Below, piece by piece: positions 53,932 to 59,115 of a DNA stretch of 59,115 nucleotides. Within the stretch, counting starts at the first letter, position 1. Each line of letters opens with the position of its first letter. The position numbers were made by a program, and so were the translations under genes. This DNA comes from Planctomycetota bacterium (GTDB lineage: Bacteria; Planctomycetota; UBA11346), in contig JACCZE010000434.1 of assembly GCA_013696105.1 (NCBI GenBank), positions 1 through 59,115 of the forward strand, read 5' to 3'. Under the pieces are notes generated by a model. The model saw only the letters and a program-made list of their open reading frames with translations, ran no database searches and had not been told where the DNA came from.

Positions 53932-54978
53932 GACATCGTCAGGATCGGCATCGTCGGCTGCGGCGGCATCGCCCGCGCACACCTCACCGCCTACCGCGCC
54001 ATCCCGGGCGTCGAGGTCGCTGCGGTGTACGATGTGTCCCCGACTGCGTGCGAATCATTCGCGCGTGAAGCCGGCGCCATCGCCGCAACCTCGCTCGCAG
54101 CGATGGCGGACATGCGTCTGGACGCGGTCAGCATCTGCACACCACCCGGAGCGCGCATCGACTGCTGCCGGCCGTTCCTGTCCGCGGGGATCGCGGTGCT
54201 GTGTGAGAAGCCCCTCGCCGTGGATGGCGCAGCCGCGCGTGAACTCGCGACGCTGGCGGCCGCCAGCACCTCACTGTTCATGACCGCCTTCTGCCATCGC
54301 TTCCATGGTCCGGTGCTGGAGTTGAAGAAACTCATCGACAGCGGCACGCTCGGCCAGCCGGTCCTGGTGCGCATGGTCTTCGCAGGACGGTTCGAACTGC
54401 AGGGAAACCACCGATGCGATCCCAAGCTCGCCGGCGGGGGCTGCATCATGGATAACGGTACGCATGCGGTGGACCTCTTCCGCTTCCTGGTCGGCGACAT
54501 CGGCGAGATCCAAGCGATGACCGCTACAGCGGTACAGGACGCCGCGGTCGAGGATGTCGGAACCATCGGCCTGCGCTCGACCAGCGGCGTCCTGGCTGAG
54601 ATCGCCACCTCGTTCTCGGCCCCCTCCGGAGCGAACTGGATCGAATGGTTCGCGAGCGCAGGCACTGCGCGCGTGAGCTACTGGAATGCTGGGCACCCGG
54701 ATCTCGCCTACTGCCTGGCGGGCACCGATGCGTGGGTGCCGATCGACTGCTCGGCCTACCCGTCGCGGTTCGAGGGCCAGCTGCGGCATTTCATCGCATG
54801 CGTCCGTTCGGGGTCGCGGCCCTCGCCCACGGTGGATGATGGCTTGGCCGCGAGCCTGGCGATCGCTGGCGCCTACGCCTCGGCACGCTCGGGGGAGCGC
54901 ATCGGCCTCGGCGCTGCGCTTCCTACGCCTGCGCGGATCAGCCCGCAGGCGAGAGGTTCGGCGGGAATCCAACGCTGA
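53929..54978 (+). CDS. Gfo/Idh/MocA-family NAD(P)-dependent oxidoreductase
   Basis: Track ORF of 349 aa. It has the N-terminal Rossmann motif VRIGIVGCGGIARAH, followed by VLCEKPLA and the FMTAFCHRFH region. Confidence 0.85.
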   Translation: MDIVRIGIVGCGGIARAHLTAYRAIPGVEVAAVYDVSPTACESFAREAGAIAATSLAAMADMRLDAVSICTPPGARIDCCRPFLSAGIAVLCEKPLAVDGAAARELATLAAASTSLFMTAFCHRFHGPVLELKKLIDSGTLGQPVLVRMVFAGRFELQGNHRCDPKLAGGGCIMDNGTHAVDLFRFLVGDIGEIQAMTATAVQDAAVEDVGTIGLRSTSGVLAEIATSFSAPSGANWIEWFASAGTARVSYWNAGHPDLAYCLAGTDAWVPIDCSAYPSRFEGQLRHFIACVRSGSRPSPTVDDGLAASLAIAGAYASARSGERIGLGAALPTPARISPQARGSAGIQR

Positions 54979-55008
54979 GAGCGACAGGCTGGCGCCGGTC
55001 GACCTCCG

Positions 55009-56673
55009 TCAGTCATCATCTCCGAGGACCACCAGCTTGATGCGCAGCTGGACGCGATCCGCCGCGCGGCGTTGTCGGCCGGTCGGGATCACCCACAGCT
55101 GCCCGACCCCCTGGATGATGCCCGGCGGTTGACGCTCGCCGCTGCCGACCTTGAAGACGACCTTTTCCTGGTCGTCCGGATGCGGAACGGCGCGCACGCG
55201 CATGCCGGCGGTCAGCGCCATCCCGCCATTACTGCGGTCGACCTTCTCGGGAACGGTGATCAGCTGGCCCTTGATCTTGTCCCATTGCCGGGGACTGAGG
55301 TTGGCGAAATCGATGATGGTCTCGGGCAGGAACGTGTCGATCTCGTCCCGCCGCTTTTCCATCAGCGCCTTGTTCACCCCAGCCGCGCCGACCAGGGCCT
55401 GGGCGTACCAGTGACGTGCCCGAGTCCATGCCTGCACCCGCGCCTCGCCAGAGGCCTTGCGGCCGAGGTCGTACCAGGCGTCGCCGGTCGCGCGCTGCTC
55501 GCCGCTGTCCTTGGGACCATTGATCTCGAGTTCGGCCACCCGGTGCAGATCGGCATCGTCCCCCAGCGACATCATCGGCAGGCCGAGATCCCAGCGCTCC
55601 ATGTCGAAGCAGAAGAACCTGCCGACGATGGTGTTGGCGTGGCGATCCTTGGGGTCCTCCATGAGCTTGAGGATCGCGCCGGCGGTGGGCTTGGACTTGA
55701 TCTTCCCCAGCACCAGTCGCTTGCATGCGACCTCGTCGAAACCCTTGAAAGTCTCTGCGCGGCGCTCGATCGACAGCAGCAACTGCTCGTAGTCCTCCGA
55801 CTCCATCGCCAAGCGGGTCGATTCATCCAGCAGCACGTAGAAGATCGCTGCGTCATCCATGTTGTTCGCCGCTTCGGAATAGAACTTCTTCGCCACCGTA
55901 CGCTTCTGCGCGTCGCGCCGCTTCAGGTAGTCGTCCTTGTACAGGCTCCTGATCGTCGCCAGCGCGCGCTCCTGATCGACCTTTTCAGGAACGGCGACGG
56001 TTCGGGTCGAGACCGACGGCGGCCGCATGAAGCGGCTGCGGCGGATCTGCTCGATCTCCTGCCGGAGCTGCTGGCGCTCCTCCTGCACCTGGGCCTGCTC
56101 GACCTTCCGCTCGCTGGCCACCTGATTGAGGTAGGCGGTCTGCTCGCGCACGAATGCCGGCGAGGCCTCCTTGGCCGCGTCGCTGTCGGGGAAGCGCTCG
56201 ATGATTTCGCTGAAGCGGATGGCGATCTGGAAATGCTTGTCCGGATGCGCGGACTGGAACCTGAGCGCACGATCGAGATAGGCCGAGGCTTCGGTGACCG
56301 GCACCTCCTCGTTGATGATGCGTTCGACCTTGGTGAAATCCGCGGCGGCGGTCGTGCCCTTCTGCGCGACGTATTGCTGCAGGTTGTCGAGGTTCATGCG
56401 CTTCTTGCACCAGTAGATGTTCGCCTGCATCTCGCAGACGGCGTCGTTGTCTCCGATCTGCTGATAGACCTCGAGCGCATGCGAGAAGGCCAGCGCCGCA
56501 TCGACTCCGCGGCGCGGATCCCCATCCGCCTCCTTCATCGCCTGGATGCCGACGGATACCAGGGCCTCGGCTTCGCCACGCTGGGCTGCGGGTTCCTGAG
56601 CGGATCCGACGGCTGCGAGGCTGAGCAGGAGGCCGAACGTGACAAGGACCTGGTGCATCACGGGCATTCGCAT
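55009..56673 (-). CDS. Secreted hypothetical protein
   Basis: Track ORF of 554 aa with the signal peptide MHQVLVTFGLLLSLAAVGSAQE. It has a helical or coiled N-half. I recognised no family. Confidence 0.6.
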   Translation of the reverse strand: MRMPVMHQVLVTFGLLLSLAAVGSAQEPAAQRGEAEALVSVGIQAMKEADGDPRRGVDAALAFSHALEVYQQIGDNDAVCEMQANIYWCKKRMNLDNLQQYVAQKGTTAAADFTKVERIINEEVPVTEASAYLDRALRFQSAHPDKHFQIAIRFSEIIERFPDSDAAKEASPAFVREQTAYLNQVASERKVEQAQVQEERQQLRQEIEQIRRSRFMRPPSVSTRTVAVPEKVDQERALATIRSLYKDDYLKRRDAQKRTVAKKFYSEAANNMDDAAIFYVLLDESTRLAMESEDYEQLLLSIERRAETFKGFDEVACKRLVLGKIKSKPTAGAILKLMEDPKDRHANTIVGRFFCFDMERWDLGLPMMSLGDDADLHRVAELEINGPKDSGEQRATGDAWYDLGRKASGEARVQAWTRARHWYAQALVGAAGVNKALMEKRRDEIDTFLPETIIDFANLSPRQWDKIKGQLITVPEKVDRSNGGMALTAGMRVRAVPHPDDQEKVVFKVGSGERQPPGIIQGVGQLWVIPTGRQRRAADRVQLRIKLVVLGDDD

Positions 56674-56702
56674 CTCGGCGGAAAGTGGTCGGACGTGCGG
56701 GA

Positions 56703-56724
56703 GCGGAACTATCAGCGGAACTAT
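56703..56724. repeat. 12-bp-period direct repeat GCGGAACTAT x2 upstream of the secreted-protein gene
   Basis: GCGGAACTAT occurs at 56703-56712 and 56715-56724. It lies 30-50 bp upstream of the - strand start codon at 56673. Confidence 0.85.
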
Positions 56725-56838
56725 GGGATTACCTGATGGCAGTCCCGCTGTTGACCCGAATCCGAGGCCGCTGGCCGATCACATGCCAGAACCGCCTCCC
56801 GATGGTCCTCGCGCCTGAGCGAGGGGCGGGTTACGCGT

Positions 56839-58053
56839 TCATGCCTCCACCCGTGTCGGCACGGGGAGCGAAAAGAAGAAGCACGAACCCTGGCCTGGTT
56901 CCGATGTCACCCACAGGCGCCCGCGGTGGCGCTCGACGATCTTCTTGCAGACCGCCAGTCCCATGCCGGTCCCGGGGTAGTCGTCTCGGGCATGCAGCCG
57001 CTGGAAGACATCGAAGATCCGCGCCTGGTTCTCGGCCGCTATTCCGATCCCGTTGTCGTGGACGCAGAAGATCCATTCGCTCAGGGTCGGCTGGGCGGTT
57101 ATCCGCACCGTCGGGGAGACGTCGGGTAGCCGGTACAGCAGCGCGTTGTGCAGCAGGTTCTGGAACAGTCGCACCAGCTGGGTCCGGTCCGCCCACACCA
57201 TTGGCAACGGACCGCAGCTGACCGCGCCCCTGGACTGGGCCACCATCGCCCCGAGGTTCGCCAGCGCCTCCCGGCAGGCGGAGGCGCTGTCGACCTGGGT
57301 GATGCGCAGGTTGCCCTGCCCGACCCTGGAGAAATCGAGCAGCTGCTGGATGAGCGTCTGCATGCGCGCCGCGCCATCGAAGGCGTAGCCGACGTACTCA
57401 TTGGCAGCCGCGTCCAGGCTTCCGGAGCATCGTCGCTGCAGCAGGGACAGGTATCCGGTCACCATGCGCAGGGGCTCCTGGAGATCGTGCGATGCCACGT
57501 AAGCGAACTGCTGGAGCTCGTGATTCGCCTGCCGGATCGACTCCTCGTAGGCGCGTTTGTGATGGATGTCGGTGCTGGTCGAGATCCACCCCACGGCCGT
57601 CTCCTGGGCATCCTGCAGCGGAGCCACACGCGTCAGGTGCCAACGGTAGGAGCCGTCGGAGGCGCGGATCCGTCGTTCCACCTCGAACGGGTATCCGTCC
57701 CGGCGGGCCCGCACCCACGTGGCGTCGATGACCGACAGGTCCTCAGGATGGGTCGCCTTCCACCCACCAGATCCGCGCATCTCCATCAGACCGATGCCGG
57801 TGAAGCTGCGCCAGGGGCGGTTGACGCAGTCCACCTCCCCATCCGCTCCCATGGTGACGATCAGGTGCGGGATCGCGTCGACCAGCGCCTGGCGTGCCGT
57901 CATCCGCTCGATCGAGCTGACGGACGGAGCAGGCTGGGACTGCGCCGTCGGAGATCGCATCGCATCGGTGATCGCCGGCTGGCTCGCGCTCATCGCCGCG
58001 ATGGTCACGGGGATGCCCTTCCCGTACCATCCCAACCGCCCAACCTGAGACAT
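56839..58053 (-). CDS. Cytoplasmic PAS-domain sensor histidine kinase
   Basis: Track ORF of 404 aa; the start is uncertain. The PAS region reads HLIVTMGADGEVDCVNRPWRSFTG...SDGSYRWH. The H-box is FAYVASHDLQEPLR and the ATPase motifs include GTGMGLAVCKKIV. Confidence 0.85.
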   Translation of the reverse strand: MSQVGRLGWYGKGIPVTIAAMSASQPAITDAMRSPTAQSQPAPSVSSIERMTARQALVDAIPHLIVTMGADGEVDCVNRPWRSFTGIGLMEMRGSGGWKATHPEDLSVIDATWVRARRDGYPFEVERRIRASDGSYRWHLTRVAPLQDAQETAVGWISTSTDIHHKRAYEESIRQANHELQQFAYVASHDLQEPLRMVTGYLSLLQRRCSGSLDAAANEYVGYAFDGAARMQTLIQQLLDFSRVGQGNLRITQVDSASACREALANLGAMVAQSRGAVSCGPLPMVWADRTQLVRLFQNLLHNALLYRLPDVSPTVRITAQPTLSEWIFCVHDNGIGIAAENQARIFDVFQRLHARDDYPGTGMGLAVCKKIVERHRGRLWVTSEPGQGSCFFFSLPVPTRVEA

Positions 58054-58131
58054 CGATGACGCGTCGGCATGGATTGCCTATTGGCATTCGCCGCATCGAC
58101 CCATAAGCCATGGCCGACGAAGGGAGTCGCC

Positions 58132-58314
58132 GTGGCCATTGATCGAGACATCCTCAAACTCCTCAAAGGCGAGGGGTTCAAGACGAACGAAGCGATCAAC
58201 GATGCGCTCACGGAATTCCTCGAGATCGTCGAGGACGAGAACGCGGACATGGCCGAAGGCGTGGATACCGAAGAAAAGGATGCCCCGGACGAGGACGACG
58301 ACGCGAACCAGTAG
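58132..58314 (+). CDS. Small protein with a ribbon-helix-helix-like N-terminus and an acidic tail (tentative)
   Basis: In-frame GTG inside track ORF 58069..58314, preceded by a GGGAG SD. The product reads AIDRDILKLLKGEGFKTNEAINDALTEFLE, followed by a D/E-rich tail. Confidence 0.3.
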   Translation: MAIDRDILKLLKGEGFKTNEAINDALTEFLEIVEDENADMAEGVDTEEKDAPDEDDDANQ

Positions 58315-58357
58315 TCCGCACCTGGGCAGCTTCCGGTATTCACGCCTTAAGAGTGGT

Positions 58358-58738
58358 ATGTCGGATGAGACGTCGCCGTCAGGCACGCGCCCGAGCATCC
58401 GTTCGCATGGACATGGTATGGCGAAATCGCCATGGAACCCCAGCCACCGCATCAGGGTGAGATTCCAGTCCGGCAAGACCCAGGAATGGCTCGTCATGAT
58501 GGTCCTCAACACGTCGGGGGCGACGGAGTTCTGGCCTGCTGCGACGAAAGAGGAATGGGAGTCGCGGCTGGTTCCCAAATGGGCCTGCGATTTCTCCGGT
58601 CGCTGGACCTGGCGGGGACTGTCCACTCCGAATGGATCTCCCGCCGAGGTCACCATCGAATCGATGAACGAGTCCTCGCGCATCGCCAGCAGCACGCAGT
58701 TCATCCGCCTCGACATGCCTGGCTCGAGCGCGACGTAG
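58358..58738 (+). CDS. Hypothetical protein (126 aa; strand assignment uncertain)
   Basis: Part of track ORF 58139..58738 from MSDETSP (alternative MAKSPW at 58418). It has GC-rich third positions and a more protein-like composition than the overlapping - strand ORF 58078..58716. I recognised no family. Confidence 0.35.
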   Translation: MSDETSPSGTRPSIRSHGHGMAKSPWNPSHRIRVRFQSGKTQEWLVMMVLNTSGATEFWPAATKEEWESRLVPKWACDFSGRWTWRGLSTPNGSPAEVTIESMNESSRIASSTQFIRLDMPGSSAT

Positions 58739-58858
58739 CCGATCCGGTCTCGCAGGCAGAAGACGCGCGACCCCCTTCGCGTCTCTGATCCCTGGGGACT
58801 CGACGCACAACTGGTCTGAGCTCCGTTGCTCAGTCGGTCCCATGGGTATCACGGATCC

Positions 58859-59115
58859 ATGCCAGCGATGCCTCGACCTGCCTTCGAACGGATCGCCAAA
58901 GCCTTGGCCGACTCGCAGCGCTGTTCGATCCTCGAGCGCATCGCTTCGACCAAGGAGCTCTGCTGCTCGGACATCGTCGACCAGTGCGCGGTCTCCCAGG
59001 CGACCATCTCGCACCACCTGAAGGAGCTCGTCACCGCGGATCTGGTCGAGCGGCGCAAGGATGGCCAGTTCGCCTATTTCCGCTTCCGCTCCGAGGTGAT
59101 GGCCGCCTATCTCGT
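58859..59115 (+). CDS. ArsR/SmtB-family metalloregulator, 3-prime partial at the window edge
   Basis: Found by hand translation; it is absent from the track because it has no stop in the window. The product reads MPAMPRPAFERIAKALADSQRCSILERIASTKELCCSDIVDQCAVSQATISHHLKELVTADLVERRKDGQFAYFRF. It carries the ELCCSD metal-site-like motif and the ISHHLKEL recognition helix. Confidence 0.8.
   Translation, partial: MPAMPRPAFERIAKALADSQRCSILERIASTKELCCSDIVDQCAVSQATISHHLKELVTADLVERRKDGQFAYFRFRSEVMAAYL

Noticed and set aside
58078-58716. The 212-aa - strand ORF.
   Set aside because: It runs antisense through the small ORF at 58132-58314. It is Ser/Arg-rich and looks like the mirror frame of the + strand ORF. 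I keep it only as an alternative in the finding on the ambiguous region.

Overview
GC-rich bacterial chromosomal window (about two-thirds G+C by eye). Many long antisense shadow ORFs in the track are not genes. I found no rRNA, tRNA, CRISPR array, transposase or integrase. The gene content suggests a PVC-type organism (Planctomycetota or Verrucomicrobiota): a Ser/Thr kinase fused to an FGE domain, a DUF1570-like HEXXH peptidase, an ECF sigma with a FecR/LamG anti-sigma, and many secreted hypotheticals. That assignment is inference only. Main blocks: (1) 166-2551, a lipoprotein, a GT4 glycosyltransferase and a hypothetical. (2) 2634-12062, a complete high-affinity phosphate module pstS-pstC-pstA-pstB-phoU-phoB-phoR, plus a small membrane protein translationally coupled to phoR. 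(3) 12364-16670 on the - strand, a heme-oxygenase-like redox enzyme coupled to a GAF hybrid histidine kinase and preceded by a string of small ORFs with good Shine-Dalgarno (SD) sites, two of them below the track cut-off. (4) 16864-21078, a YHS-domain protein, an ABC-2 exporter pair and a large secreted protein. (5) 21897-24384, a Ser/Thr kinase gene degraded by four lesions, including a perfect 16-bp tandem duplication. (6) 26223-42113, a glycan-utilisation island with GH78, GH51, GH43, a lyase-like protein and a DUF4091-like protein, three AraC regulators and an embedded kinase-FGE fusion. (7) 42853-45162, a peptidase, a receiver-domain remnant, a KGG stress protein and a structured ~129-bp tandem repeat. 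(8) 45163-53114 on the - strand, FeeM-like acyltransferase, ECF sigma, FecR/LamG anti-sigma, an SBP-permease fusion and a large-loop permease. (9) 53339-59115, msrA, an oxidoreductase whose SD is sequestered in a hairpin, a secreted protein, a PAS histidine kinase, small ORFs and a partial ArsR gene. The most interesting candidates are blocks 3 and 8, the tandem structured repeat and the decayed kinase. All functional calls rest on motif recognition by eye; no database search was run.
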